Numbered from the stretch's first letter, positions 48,401 through 57,455 are shown. The stretch: 64,000 bases of DNA from a virus (IMGVR_UViG_3300034159_000041:2614-66613), one strand, 5' to 3'. A program made the numbers and translations. Notes: generated by a model from the sequence alone, not told the origin.

Positions 48401-51400
48401 CACCCGCTGACCGCCACTCGGCCGCGAGTTGCTGGAGCCGCGCGAGGATCGCCGCTTGCTCCGGGCTCATCTCCGCCACGTCCATGACCACCCGCTTGTA
48501 CGGTCGCCCGACCGGGTTCTCCTGCCGCCCGTTCTGCAAGGCGTCGATCTCGTCGGCCGTCAGGTCGGCATCGGCCAGCGTCTTACCGCTCGCCGTCTTG
48601 CGCGGCGTGAACTCCGGCATCTCGTCGGCGAACACCACATCCATGTACGGACTCATCATCCGCCGCAGCTCGGCCACGTTGATGAACCCGGCCAGCTTGG
48701 TGACCGGCTGATAATCCCCGGCCGCCGTAAACTCCACATCCGACACGCCGCTCGCAAAGGTATTGAACCAGCTATCCCACTGGTCAATGCCGTCGCGCGC
48801 CATGTCCTGCTGCATGACATAGCGCTGCATGTGGAAGATTTCGGCCAGGGTGTTGGTGATCGGCGTGCCGGTGAACAAATGCACCCCACGCCCGGCGTGC
48901 TGCCCCTTGATGTAGTCGGTGAGGAACTTCAGGGCCACCGAGCGATTGCTGATCTGCTTTTGCAGCCCGCGCATTTTCATGCGCGTCGCCATCGGGGGCT
49001 TTTTGAAAAGATGGGCCTCATCGACAATCAGCATGTCAACGCCCAAGTCCTCAAACGCAATCGCATCCTCCCGGCTCGACTGCTGCGCCTGCTTCTCGAT
49101 CTGCGCCTTGATGCGCAGCCGCGCCTGCGCCAGTTCCTTGGCTGTCGGGTTGCGTAGCTTCTTGATGGCGTCCTCATCGTCCAGCATGTCCTTATGCACC
49201 GCCCGCCCGAATCCCGCCTGGTTTGCGTCGCCCTCGTCCATCGCCTCCCAGAAAGCCGACTCCAGGGCCGCGATATCCTCGGCCGCCAAGGCGCTCAGCG
49301 TCTCCTTTTTCAGCGTCAGCCGGTCCAGCAGGCTATGCGGCATCACCACCGCATCCCAGTCGTCGTTGCGGATTTGCGCCATGGTTTCCTTCACGCGCGA
49401 GGAATCCAGGTTGTTGACGTACAACACCTTAGCCCCTGGATACATCTCCTGAATCTCCGCCGCAACGCTGGCACTGTTGGCGTTGTGGGCCAGGATCAAC
49501 GGCTTTTGCGCCAACCCGAACCGCCGCGACTCGACTGAGATACCGCCAATGGTGTAGGTCTTGCCCGTCCCGACCTCATGGGCATACAACCCCGACCCTT
49601 GCACCAACCCCCGCCAGATCGCGTTGCTTTGGTGTGACCGCAGGTCAAACTCGTTATCCCCGCGCTGGAGCGCCATCCCATCAAACGCCAGGAAGGACCC
49701 GTCGAACTGCGGATCGGCAATCGCGTTCATCACCTCGTTGTAGTCGCGCTCCAGGGCCACCTTGCGCTCGGGTGACTTCCACACCCATTCCTCGAACGCC
49801 TCGCGGATCGCCCCGGCCCGTTCGTTGGCCGCGGCACTGAACGCCTCGCGGGTGTAGGTGTTGCCCTCTGAATCCTTCGCGGTAAACTTCATGGTCCCGT
49901 TGTTGAAAGCCGCTTCCAGCAACTGCCGCAAGCGCACCGTCCCGCTATCGCGCTCGCGCAACACGGGCTTGCCCTCGCCATCCAGCAGAGGAACGTCTTT
50001 TCCGGTTGCCGCGTCCTTGGTTGTGACTTCCTCAAACGCCTTGACCTCGCTCCACCGCAACGCCGTTGGCGTGTCCTGATGGGCATCGCTGGGCTTCACC
50101 ACCCACCGATTGATCCGCCACTCCAGTTCCAGGTTTTCCGCAACGTCGGCATTCCCAATGATCACCTCAGCCACGAAGTCGCGGTAATGCTTGGCGCCCA
50201 CCCACTGCGCCCCCAGCTTGGCCTCGATGTTGAAGTACGGCACATCCTTGGGGATCACCTTCTCCAGATGTTCGATGTTGCGGGCCATCTCCTCGCCCTG
50301 CTCCGCCGCCGCTTGTGCCTCGCGTAGCTTGCGCCGCACGTTGCCGCCCAGGTAGACATCAGAGGGTTCATAGCCGCCGCCCGGCAGCCGATAGACCGCG
50401 CCCGCCGTCACCAGGTCCTGTTCGGCCTGCTCCACCGGCACCCCGGCCGCCGTGGCAATCCGCGCCATGTCGATGTGCAGCCCCTGGTTGCGTTCCACCA
50501 CATAGGCATCGCGCACCGTGGGCCTGTCGATCTTCGCCGACGTGCGCACCACCGAGCGGTGCAGGATCGGCATCGGCTCGATGACGCCATCGCGCACCCG
50601 CTCCAGGGCCATCAGCGACGGGTAGAAGGGGTCCTCGGCCTTGTCGAGTAGGCGGATACCCTCGGACTCCCGCACCGGACCGTGCGCGTCGCGGAACGCC
50701 TCGTACTGCTCGCGCAGGGTCTTGCGCAACGCCTCGGTGTCGGGCGCCCCGTCGCGCTCTGCGTCGATCAGCCGTCCGTAGGCCTTGCGCAACCCCACCA
50801 GCCCGCGCAGTTGCGCGTCGCGCTTGGCGGTCTTCTTGGCGTCCTTCACCTGCCACGGCACCACGTCGTGCAGGTTCACCAGCCGCTCGCCCTGCGTCTG
50901 GTAGAGGTCACCATCCGCACCGATCACCACGGCGCGCGAGCGCTCCGTGGTGTTGTTGGTGATGTAGCGGATGTGTTTCGCGTTGTTCGCCGGGGTATAG
51001 GTCCCCGTCGTCATCTCATCGGCCATCGCCGCCAGACGCTCAGGGAAGTCGTCCCCGCGCTCAACGATCACCCCGGCCCGTCCGTAGGTCGTGCCGCTGC
51101 CCCATCCCAGTTCACCCAGGATGTTGTCGCGGTTGAGCAGGTAATACCGATTGATCGCCGCCTTCTGCCCGTCCGCCCCGAGGTCCAGGTCCTCGGTCTG
51201 CGTCCACGCTGATGATTGCGGGTCAGTGTTTTCCGTCTCGCGCTTTTTCAGGATGATCAGGTCGGTCACCACCGCGGTACCGGCATATTCCTTGAACGCC
51301 CCAGACGGCAGCCGATAGGCCGCCACCAGATCGGCCTTGCGCGCCAGCGCCTGGCGCACCGCGTTGCCCTTGCCGTCCAGGCTGTAGCGGCTGGTGATGC

Positions 51401-54400
51401 CAACGACCAAGCCGCCGGCCCGCACCTGATCCAGCGCTTTCAGGAAAAAGTAGTCATGCAGCGAGGGCGACAGTTTGTTGTAGCGTCGATCAGCCGGCCC
51501 GGTGCTGGCGAACGGCCAGTTGCCGATCACCAGATCGTAGAACCCGTCCGGGGTCTGCGACTCCTGATAGGGCTTGTTGCTGATCGTCGCGTTTGGGTAG
51601 AGGTGCTTGAGAATGCCCGACGAGAGTTCGTCAAGCTCAATGCCGGTCAGTTGGCTGGCGTCCTGGACTGCCTTCGGCATCATCGCAAAGAAGTTGCCGA
51701 CCCCCGCCGCAGGTTCGAGCACCCGTCCGCCCTGGAAGCCCAATCGCTGCACCGCCGCCCAGATCGCTTGTACGGTCGGCGGGTCGGTGTAGTGGGCATT
51801 GATGATACTGGCCTGCGCCGCCTTCCATTCGGACTCGCCCAGGTGCCCGCGCAGCCAATCATCCTCGTTGCGCCAGCCCTCGCGCTCGACGGTGCGCTCC
51901 CAGGTCCCCTGGAACAGTTCCTGCCCGAAACTCCCCCACCCGGTATAGCCGGCCAGGATGTCGCGCTCGTCCGCCGTCGCGTTCCGCCCGGCCTCTTCGA
52001 GTTCCCGATAGACTTCGATCGCCCGCCGATTCTTGTTGAACCGGACCTTCGGCGTTCCGCCGTAGATGCGTTCGGGTTCATCCGCGTGGAAGTTCTCCGC
52101 GCGGGCCGCCAGGTCTAGGGTCGTGCTTGGTTCGTCTGGGGTGACCGGCTCGACAGTGCCGCCTGCGCCCGTCTGATCTTCTGCGCCTGCACCCGCACCG
52201 ACAGCGGCACCCGCGCCCGTGCCGCCATCTCCAGCAGCGGCGTTAGGTCCCCGTCCGGGTCGCTTGGATCCTCGGGGCCTTCCGGGTCCACGATCAACCA
52301 GTCCTTGTTCGCTTCCTCCCGACTGTCCGGCCAGCCCATCCCCGCTTTCTGGTTCGCCTCGCTCGCCGCGAACCGGCGGCTCTCGATCAGGTGCGCGAAC
52401 TCCGCCAAAATCCCCGCCTGTTCCAATCGTGCCACCATCCGCGGGCGAATCTGCCGCCACAGGGCGATCATCTCCCGTTCCTTCTGGCCCCCGATCGGCC
52501 AATCCGTCTCGGCGATCCGGGCGCTCTCCTGCTTGATCTGGCGTATCAGTTGGCGGTCCATTGGTCGGTTCCGGTTGTGGTTCTGCTGTCAGTGTAGCCG
52601 GTTGCTGCGTGAATATCCGTGCCAACTCCGCTTTTACCGTCTGCGGATCATCCATCCCGTCAATACTAATCCCCGCATCCTCCATCATGTCCCGCGCGCC
52701 GTTGTACCACGAGCGCAGATAGGGGCGCAGTTTTGGCAACGGCTCGCCCAGGTCCTCGGCAATGCGCTTGGCGAACGCGGCAAACGAACGCGCCCCCGCT
52801 TCCAAATGGAACGCGGCCAATTCCGCGCCGATGGCGAGAATCTCCGGGTCGATGCCGGCGTTGAGTTGTGACAGCTTGGCCTTGAGTCGCTTGCGCAGTT
52901 CTGCGGCGCGGTCGGCCGTGACCAGGGTGTTGCTGGCACCGTAGGCGGGGGCTGGCTGGGGTTGCTCGGGGGGCTGCGCTGGGGCGGCCTCGGCCGGCGT
53001 CTTGGCGGCCGGCGTCTTGGCGGTCGGCGGTTCAGGCGTGGCCGGGGTCGCGGCTGCCGCAGGCTCGGGAGCGGCCGGCGTGGCACCATCGGGGCCAGCG
53101 TCAGGTTGCGCGCTCACCTTCTTGGCAACCTGCCACGTTGCGCCGACCTGACGTTGTGCAGCAACGATCCGCGCCAAGGCAACCGACGTGCCGGAGCCGG
53201 TCGCGCTCACGAAATGCAGTTCCGCATCACCGTAGCCGCGCGCCGTCACCGACTCCAGCACATACGGCTTATCCGGGGATAGGTAATCCATCTGCCCGGA
53301 CGCAAAGTCCGAGAAGGTCACCGTATCCCCTGGTGCCGCGCCCATCACCGAAGCGACCTTCTGCTGCGCCGCGCGTTGCTTGTTGGGTAGTTTTGGCTTT
53401 TGCGCCTTGGCACCCGCCGCGGCGCCCTCGGGGGCTGGGGTCGGAGCGGAGTTCGCAAAGTCAATCAGGTCTTGCGGAATCTCGCCGTACTTTGCGCCGA
53501 TGTAGGTAGAACTGACCAACTGGCCCTGATGGAATCGATCAAACCCATGTTCTGCAATCCACTTTAAGTGCTGCTGTCCTTCCGATATCTGCGGCTGATA
53601 CTCGGTCGTCAGCGCCTCGTTTGACTCTCCTGCGTCTCGGCGCTCCCGGCCCTGACGGCGCAGATCAGCCAAACGCGCACGAACCTTTGTTTCCAGGTCG
53701 TTCAGTTCAATCTCTCGCGCAGAAGGCGGGACCGGCTTGCGTCGCTCGGCTTCGTCTCTGGCTTTCTGTTCTTCGCGCGCCTTTTTCTGGTCTTCCCTGC
53801 GCTGATCGGCCTCTTGCTGTTGGCGCTCGACCAACTTCGCGTGCGACTGCGACGCCCGAGCATCACGCAAGGCGGAGTATCCCGACGCAAGCTCATGACG
53901 AAGTTGAGCGATCTGTGGTTGTACGCGGGCGGCTGCGGCGCGACGCTCGTCAATGGCCCCTACCGTCTGGAAATGCCCCTGATCGTCGGTGATGAATCTC
54001 CCATCTTCCGCGTCGTATCCGGTCACATTGGCGACGCCTTCCAGAAGACGAGCGGCCTCCTTGATATGACGATTGCGCAAGTCGTTCAGTGGTGCGGTAT
54101 CTGGCAATCTCCCAGCAGCGACGTCGGAAGAGAACGCTTTTAGCCAGTCGTCATACGATCTTGCTGCAACCGTCAAGGATTCCTTGTCAGTTGGGGCGGG
54201 CGTTGTCGGCTCCGGCGTCAATTCCTTGACGGTCGGCGTCGGCTGGGTGACAACCGGCGTCTCGACAGTAGTTGCCCCTGCCGCATCACGCGCCGCCTTG
54301 CCTTCCTTCCAGCCTTGGCGCCGCGGAACTAAAGAGGCCGCTGGCTCAGGCTTACCGGCCAGGCCGTCAGCGTAGCCGGCGTCGCGGGCGGCTTGGGCTT

Positions 54401-57400
54401 TGGGGGAGAGCGCGGGCGTCGGCTTTGTGCCGGTCGTTGGCGGCTCCGGCGCGGTAACCTCATCGCTCAGATCGACAACAGCAAACTTTGACGGTCGAAT
54501 TGAGTTGGTCGCCTTCGCGTTGAGGTGGCTGTCGCGCTCGGAGTCGTCAGCGACCTTCTGGGCGTGGTCACGATCCTGCAAGACCGCATCCTTTCCCGTG
54601 ATCCCATCCTTTAGGAACCGTCCGGTTCTCAGGTTTCTGACCTTGAACCCGGTTGGCATGGGGGCCGGTGTGCCGCCGCCCTTCGCCGCTGGTGTCTCTC
54701 CTTGGTCCGCTGCCGGCGCAATCCGCTGGTCCTGCACCTGCCACCCAATGACGCCCGTCTCTTGGTCAACATAGCGCGACACCACGCCAAGATTCACCAG
54801 GTGACGCATCATGCGCTGCTTGTCCGCAGTGTCTTCCGGATGCGGCAACGCGCGCTCAAGCGGGTTCCGCGGGTCAAAGAATCGCGTGTTCCACTCGCGC
54901 GCCTGGTCAACCAGTCGCCGCTGCTTCTCATTCAAGGCCACCGGCCGCGCTTTCTGTTCGGCGTCCTTATCCAGCCGCGCGGACGCTTCCCGGTCCTCAA
55001 GAACCTTGATCCACGGCCCTGGTCTGGCGCGAACAGATCGCTCTAGGTCGTCAACCGACTCAGTTCTGAACTCGGCCAATCGCCCAGCCAACTCCCGAGC
55101 CGTGAGCGACTTTGCGCCAACCTGATACCGTCTGCCGTTTTCTTCCTTCGTTGGTTCCTTGCCTTGGTCCGCTGCCGGCGTGTCAGGCGCTCCCGGCGCT
55201 GCTCCGGTGTCTCGGGGGGGCTTAACCTCGGGGGTCGGCGTGGGGCTCGGGGGCGGGCTGCTGGGGGCATTGGGGTCCTCAGTGGGGGTCGGCTGAGTCG
55301 GAGCCGGCTCGTTGATGTTCGTCCACCAGTCATCCAACCGCTTGCGCACCGCAGGGTCTGCAATCGGGGAACCTGGCGGAACCTTCGGGTCATAGCCTTT
55401 ACCCGTCTGCTTCGTCCCCGCACCTGGTAGCACCGCGCCGACGTTGGAGCCATAGAGCGCACCGGCCGCTCGTGCTTCGTCCTGGCCTTGCAGGGTGAGG
55501 GGTCCGGGCGCCGTGGTCAGGCCGGCGTTGGGGTCCATGCCTCCCAGCCCGGACGGACCACCTTGCGGACCACTGGGACCGGGTGTCCGTCCAGCGCCTT
55601 CAGTTGGATATCCAAGATCGTCAACCCCGGACCCTGGTCGAAGGGCACCGGGTTGGACGGCCGCCCCATCAGCGCCGCGAACCGCAGCGACTCCGACGTT
55701 TGTTCCGCTCGCCGCCCCAGGTGCCGGACCAGCCGGAGGTACAGGACGCGCGCCCCCGCCCACCGCTTGGCCTGCTGGCGGGCCTGCTTGTCCCGCGCCC
55801 GCTGCTTGTTGGACTGCGTTCTGGCTGACATTGGGTGGTCCTGCAGTTTGTGCTGCGCGGGTTAGGGGGCCGGTCTTCGGTCGGTTGGCAAGCGCCGCCG
55901 CGGTCGCCGCTGCAACCCGCTGCAGGTCCTGCGGGTCGGTCTCTGCTGCGGTTGCATCGACCGCGGCTTGCTTAGCCTGCGCGTCGGTCAGCGTCGGGTT
56001 GGCGACCGCGGCACGCGCCGCCACTTCACGATAGGCGGCGTCCTGGTCGATAGCGACCGGGAGGTTTGCGGCCACCGATGCGCTGGCGTAGGCGCGGAAG
56101 ATGCGCGCGAGTTCCGGGTCTTCCTGCTGGACGGATCGCGCAACGGTATCCACCACCGCCTGCCGCTCTTGCGGGGTTCCTGCCGCGGGGTCGGTCAGTA
56201 GCCGGTTGGCCTCGCTGCGCCGGTACGCGCCGAACGCATGAGCGCCGCCAGCACCAAACGCCGTCATCACCAGCGTCGGGACCACGACGCGCTTGGCATC
56301 GTCCCATGTTGGCATCGCCCCGGCACCGTACAGCGACTCGACGCCCTGCTCGCCGGCCTGTTGGCCCATCTCCGTTGCGATTTCAGCCGGCGCCACCTGA
56401 AACGCGATGTCTTTTGCCGCCCGCAGAATGGCTCCTTGGTTGGTCGCCGCGCGCTGCACCACGTCGGCGCTCGCATCCGCACCGGCCATGCCCAGACGTT
56501 TGGCGATGGCGCTGGTCACCCCGAGCTTCAGGCTTGGGGGAATGAGCGCGCCAGCCTTGGCCAGCAACAGCGTACTGACCACTTCTCCAGCGCCTTCGAT
56601 GCTGGCGTTGATCAAGCCGGCATGCATCCCGGCCTCGTGGGCATCCTCGGGAGAGAGTCCGGCCTTGATGTTGGCGTCCGTGACCTTGCGATAGGTTTCC
56701 TCGCCCTGCTGCCCGGACATCCCAAGAATCCCCAGCACCCCGCCGATGGCCGCGCCGCCGATCGCGCCGACCGCTGCACCTGGACCCGTCCAGGCGGTCA
56801 GGCCGGCGCCAATCGCCGCCCCCGTCGCCGCGGGTCCGAGCGACGGCACCAGGCTTTCCCCGGCTTCGGCGAGACTACCCCACGGATGCTCTTGCGCTTG
56901 GCTGGTCAAGGACTCTTTCATCCAGTCCGGGGCCGCCTCGGCACGCGCCGTCTTCTCGGCGTCCAGCCGCGCCAACTCGTCGGCCGTGGCGGGCGGGGCC
57001 AGTCCCAGGGCGCGGCCGAAGAACTGCCCTGACTCTTGAACCGTTTCCGGAAGGTTGCGGACACCTCTGGCAACGCTGCGCCCCAGTTCCTTGACACCAC
57101 CAACAAAGCCCTCGTTGGCGTGCAGTTCGTTGAGTCGCGCCAGATGCTGCGGAGCGGTTTCGTTGGGAAGGATACCGGGTTGCGTCAGGTCGGGTTTCTG
57201 CGCGAGCGGCGGCAGCGGGGGCGGAACCGGAGGCGACCCGACGACGTTGAGTTGTTCGACCGGCTCCAGCGAGGCCAGGGCCGCGTCGCGCCAGGAAGGG
57301 GCCTTGCTCGAGGCGGGCTGCTCCAGCGACGCGAGGGCCGCGTCACGCCACGATGGGGGGGGCGGCAAGGGCTTGAGGACCGGCGCACCAAGGCCCAGCG

Positions 57401-57455
57401 GGGGCGTTGCCGGAAGAGGGGCAAGCAGCGGGTCAAGGTCAAATGCGCCGGGCAT
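42426..57455 (-). CDS. Giant virion-associated polyvalent protein: DarB-like N6-adenine MTase, SF2 helicase, HExxH and PLxRFG regions
   Basis: VLEPAAGVGNF (~51700), GNWPF (~51515), HEVGTGKT (~49570), DEAH (~49015), QRNGRGWRQGN, HEGWH (45888-45902), PLKRFG (~44390). Confidence 0.88.
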   Translation of the reverse strand: MPGAFDLDPLLAPLPATPPLGLGAPVLKPLPPPPSWRDAALASLEQPASSKAPSWRDAALASLEPVEQLNVVGSPPVPPPLPPLAQKPDLTQPGILPNETAPQHLARLNELHANEGFVGGVKELGRSVARGVRNLPETVQESGQFFGRALGLAPPATADELARLDAEKTARAEAAPDWMKESLTSQAQEHPWGSLAEAGESLVPSLGPAATGAAIGAGLTAWTGPGAAVGAIGGAAIGGVLGILGMSGQQGEETYRKVTDANIKAGLSPEDAHEAGMHAGLINASIEGAGEVVSTLLLAKAGALIPPSLKLGVTSAIAKRLGMAGADASADVVQRAATNQGAILRAAKDIAFQVAPAEIATEMGQQAGEQGVESLYGAGAMPTWDDAKRVVVPTLVMTAFGAGGAHAFGAYRRSEANRLLTDPAAGTPQERQAVVDTVARSVQQEDPELARIFRAYASASVAANLPVAIDQDAAYREVAARAAVANPTLTDAQAKQAAVDATAAETDPQDLQRVAAATAAALANRPKTGPLTRAAQTAGPPNVSQNAVQQAAGAGQAGPPAGQAVGGGARPVPPAGPAPGAASGTNVGVAAVRGADGAAVQPGALRPGSGVDDLGYPTEGAGRTPGPSGPQGGPSGLGGMDPNAGLTTAPGPLTLQGQDEARAAGALYGSNVGAVLPGAGTKQTGKGYDPKVPPGSPIADPAVRKRLDDWWTNINEPAPTQPTPTEDPNAPSSPPPSPTPTPEVKPPRDTGAAPGAPDTPAADQGKEPTKEENGRRYQVGAKSLTARELAGRLAEFRTESVDDLERSVRARPGPWIKVLEDREASARLDKDAEQKARPVALNEKQRRLVDQAREWNTRFFDPRNPLERALPHPEDTADKQRMMRHLVNLGVVSRYVDQETGVIGWQVQDQRIAPAADQGETPAAKGGGTPAPMPTGFKVRNLRTGRFLKDGITGKDAVLQDRDHAQKVADDSERDSHLNAKATNSIRPSKFAVVDLSDEVTAPEPPTTGTKPTPALSPKAQAARDAGYADGLAGKPEPAASLVPRRQGWKEGKAARDAAGATTVETPVVTQPTPTVKELTPEPTTPAPTDKESLTVAARSYDDWLKAFSSDVAAGRLPDTAPLNDLRNRHIKEAARLLEGVANVTGYDAEDGRFITDDQGHFQTVGAIDERRAAAARVQPQIAQLRHELASGYSALRDARASQSHAKLVERQQQEADQRREDQKKAREEQKARDEAERRKPVPPSAREIELNDLETKVRARLADLRRQGRERRDAGESNEALTTEYQPQISEGQQHLKWIAEHGFDRFHQGQLVSSTYIGAKYGEIPQDLIDFANSAPTPAPEGAAAGAKAQKPKLPNKQRAAQQKVASVMGAAPGDTVTFSDFASGQMDYLSPDKPYVLESVTARGYGDAELHFVSATGSGTSVALARIVAAQRQVGATWQVAKKVSAQPDAGPDGATPAAPEPAAAATPATPEPPTAKTPAAKTPAEAAPAQPPEQPQPAPAYGASNTLVTADRAAELRKRLKAKLSQLNAGIDPEILAIGAELAAFHLEAGARSFAAFAKRIAEDLGEPLPKLRPYLRSWYNGARDMMEDAGISIDGMDDPQTVKAELARIFTQQPATLTAEPQPEPTNGPPTDTPDQAGERPDRRDGLADRGPEGTGDDRPVAADSPADGGTIGTGGDFGGVRAPDREPPVRGERGEPESGDGLAGQSGGSEQGLVDRGPGRPRGSKRPGRGPNAAAGDGGTGAGAAVGAGAGAEDQTGAGGTVEPVTPDEPSTTLDLAARAENFHADEPERIYGGTPKVRFNKNRRAIEVYRELEEAGRNATADERDILAGYTGWGSFGQELFQGTWERTVEREGWRNEDDWLRGHLGESEWKAAQASIINAHYTDPPTVQAIWAAVQRLGFQGGRVLEPAAGVGNFFAMMPKAVQDASQLTGIELDELSSGILKHLYPNATISNKPYQESQTPDGFYDLVIGNWPFASTGPADRRYNKLSPSLHDYFFLKALDQVRAGGLVVGITSRYSLDGKGNAVRQALARKADLVAAYRLPSGAFKEYAGTAVVTDLIILKKRETENTDPQSSAWTQTEDLDLGADGQKAAINRYYLLNRDNILGELGWGSGTTYGRAGVIVERGDDFPERLAAMADEMTTGTYTPANNAKHIRYITNNTTERSRAVVIGADGDLYQTQGERLVNLHDVVPWQVKDAKKTAKRDAQLRGLVGLRKAYGRLIDAERDGAPDTEALRKTLREQYEAFRDAHGPVRESEGIRLLDKAEDPFYPSLMALERVRDGVIEPMPILHRSVVRTSAKIDRPTVRDAYVVERNQGLHIDMARIATAAGVPVEQAEQDLVTAGAVYRLPGGGYEPSDVYLGGNVRRKLREAQAAAEQGEEMARNIEHLEKVIPKDVPYFNIEAKLGAQWVGAKHYRDFVAEVIIGNADVAENLELEWRINRWVVKPSDAHQDTPTALRWSEVKAFEEVTTKDAATGKDVPLLDGEGKPVLRERDSGTVRLRQLLEAAFNNGTMKFTAKDSEGNTYTREAFSAAANERAGAIREAFEEWVWKSPERKVALERDYNEVMNAIADPQFDGSFLAFDGMALQRGDNEFDLRSHQSNAIWRGLVQGSGLYAHEVGTGKTYTIGGISVESRRFGLAQKPLILAHNANSASVAAEIQEMYPGAKVLYVNNLDSSRVKETMAQIRNDDWDAVVMPHSLLDRLTLKKETLSALAAEDIAALESAFWEAMDEGDANQAGFGRAVHKDMLDDEDAIKKLRNPTAKELAQARLRIKAQIEKQAQQSSREDAIAFEDLGVDMLIVDEAHLFKKPPMATRMKMRGLQKQISNRSVALKFLTDYIKGQHAGRGVHLFTGTPITNTLAEIFHMQRYVMQQDMARDGIDQWDSWFNTFASGVSDVEFTAAGDYQPVTKLAGFINVAELRRMMSPYMDVVFADEMPEFTPRKTASGKTLADADLTADEIDALQNGRQENPVGRPYKRVVMDVAEMSPEQAAILARLQQLAAEWRSAGGKQRLDWMKTGDPHSPIMIEGAAARAGMDARMEDLSLPEHPESKVNRAVRNLLHHYRGEPQAAQVVFMDKGYSDTRTVAKVKVPGHNLAKELRTKLLAEGVPAHEIAIVAGGVTPEQKKAVADAVNAGTVRIVIGQTETLGTGVNMQQRLRAMHHLDAPWMPGELEQRNGRGWRQGNTWNTVLEYRYITERIDGKRWQVLAVKDRFIKAFLHADADTRVIEGDAVSDDEGGGYAETLSEAVGDPRLLQRQKLTVDVQKLQRRERTHAQGVVEAREKLARNERLVPEKEAQAKRYDADADLFEQAEAAAGERQQDAYREEVAVYVDGLDLNLTAAERAAVRADGWGNKQPDRELAKRVQAAVKAAEAEGRERPKEPTTKPFDARLLNDHFTTRDAFGEAFQTLYQRMPVKSGWHPVGEVFGFPLEGRHVGKENVYLQLVSLTDSVVHYGVYGAVADTLRGLRGTGRQVRAEAATLRADRPKLEELADQPFARAKDLERKQTRLDEIEADMARNPVPAPAWLRHGAPVDTLAYVLQLNPETPDHGGMAGAGTGGASVTTKPIQSRGPQTKEVVVEGHQWADDGYFVHVLDGERARRVSYLDLRDANGERKYTEHPFVAPSGANVAAADALPAGVWVVEWENKPPQAPRWINIEDLAQLKAHGATVRRAAADDWQALSLWERMNRPTGIGEQVLEGLGATAKAQRARSDAAQRGDAPEPRWSIGGTLGRATQTRPRSAALPRLTRAFLDAKLQPLFGKLRGLSGAATLRVVQTEGDLPAATLEGLARARSVDPTARGKAVFLAGPKDAEGNPTKGVLWVVADNVADVRDAMVTVLAHEGWHSGARSVFGPTLNPFLDELIKDRNADVQLYADARGLSMESLAQRREAADEFLAHLAEVNHGKDQPFLLRVYNAIRAFLRKLGLVIHLNNADLREIVAGVAQYNRTGDDRVRAQLRGRFGMGTGTRDANARLATGRGQAEPSGDSGRLDESADPDIRFAIGGAGVAPGATRTLASRIADVLDRFMPYGAGIPGRQTSAKVRAWDKSVGTPRNLSIREPQFKPVYDGLTRQSDDNSTFAMQAESLAPHWFTQMEKGMGAAWASAKQVRSAMSPRELHGVQTDLNEGTLNKHRWSVAELKARGRSDRQIESYNQALKATHQSLDTSAQTFQVGAMRSLLEVLHADLPKRERHALSGRLARQIMDEHVTAAAGNAEQVLSAIREDVAEAVVTAQNMVKTMTAERDADEQALDAAKKATRAAQQALDAAGKADYPSAYAALQRAQEAQDDAQSGLHQSRKNLEAAELGFEQATTLRNKIDSTQASIDGIAEKVEKLKAEGYFPLKRFGKWAVTVWQTDPDTNERAVIYFAKYASEAEQMAAYKAMSEAKGAGQEVVHGITSEEGYKLFRGLNMDTLSLFADHMDTSTDDGKNLADLMQEYIRLAAAESSALKSLLHREGIAGYSTEAQRVLASYIVSNARLSSNNLNAGDVGYAIDAIKQENGDLRTYAINLRDYLADPNEEFAGLRQFLFAWYLGASVASAVTNLSQVPMVTAPWMTQQPGNVTQLLKDAYAQVFKGPPATGTALGDAYARAELEGLIAPQGVYNLMATARGGTLGGGRIMSSPNAQFAMTVWGSFFSLAEQVNRQVTFVAAYRQAEGNGLKGEAAFKYAEDGVNSTQFVMRKENRPPWARGIGAPLFTFRMFSVQYMELLSRVPTKQRALMLAALVVGAGLGGLPGEEDAEDLIDTIMQWWGKNWQTRQELNTWAEKLLGEAIGPVVVNGISRAGLPFDIASRVGMGNLIPATGILKPSSLGSTREVSELWGPTAGVVKDVGTAVEQAARGQWDRAGYALLPRALKGFVDGTTAMVSGDAVDRFGTPLIPVSRTEAAFKFLGFNPTRVAQFNEQKYSILERDSLRKKMEQTYMGNMAQAAVKRDQAGVAKAQRDIADWNRTNPDTPIEWKPAQLRARIRALKLTNSERFLKALSPELRQEAAAAFGG
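52115..52561 (-). CDS. Nested +1-frame gene inside the giant protein (148 aa)
   Basis: Globular helical composition while the host frame becomes G/D/R/P-rich low complexity. Confidence 0.6.
   Translation of the reverse strand: MDRQLIRQIKQESARIAETDWPIGGQKEREMIALWRQIRPRMVARLEQAGILAEFAHLIESRRFAASEANQKAGMGWPDSREEANKDWLIVDPEGPEDPSDPDGDLTPLLEMAARARVPLSVRVQAQKIRRAQAALSSRSPQTNQARP
55043..55270 (-). CDS. Candidate nested +1-frame basic protein (75 aa)
   Basis: GAGGA RBS 5 nt before ATG. Confidence 0.35.
   Translation of the reverse strand: MPPAARPRAPRRPPRLSPPETPEQRRERLTRRQRTKARNQRRKKTADGIRLAQSRSRLGSWLGDWPSSELSRLTT
55517..55831 (-). CDS. Candidate nested +1-frame protein (104 aa)
   Basis: AGGA RBS 7 nt before ATG; host frame G/A/P-rich. 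Confidence 0.45.
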   Translation of the reverse strand: MSARTQSNKQRARDKQARQQAKRWAGARVLYLRLVRHLGRRAEQTSESLRFAALMGRPSNPVPFDQGPGLTILDIQLKALDGHPVPVVRKVVRPGWEAWTPTPA

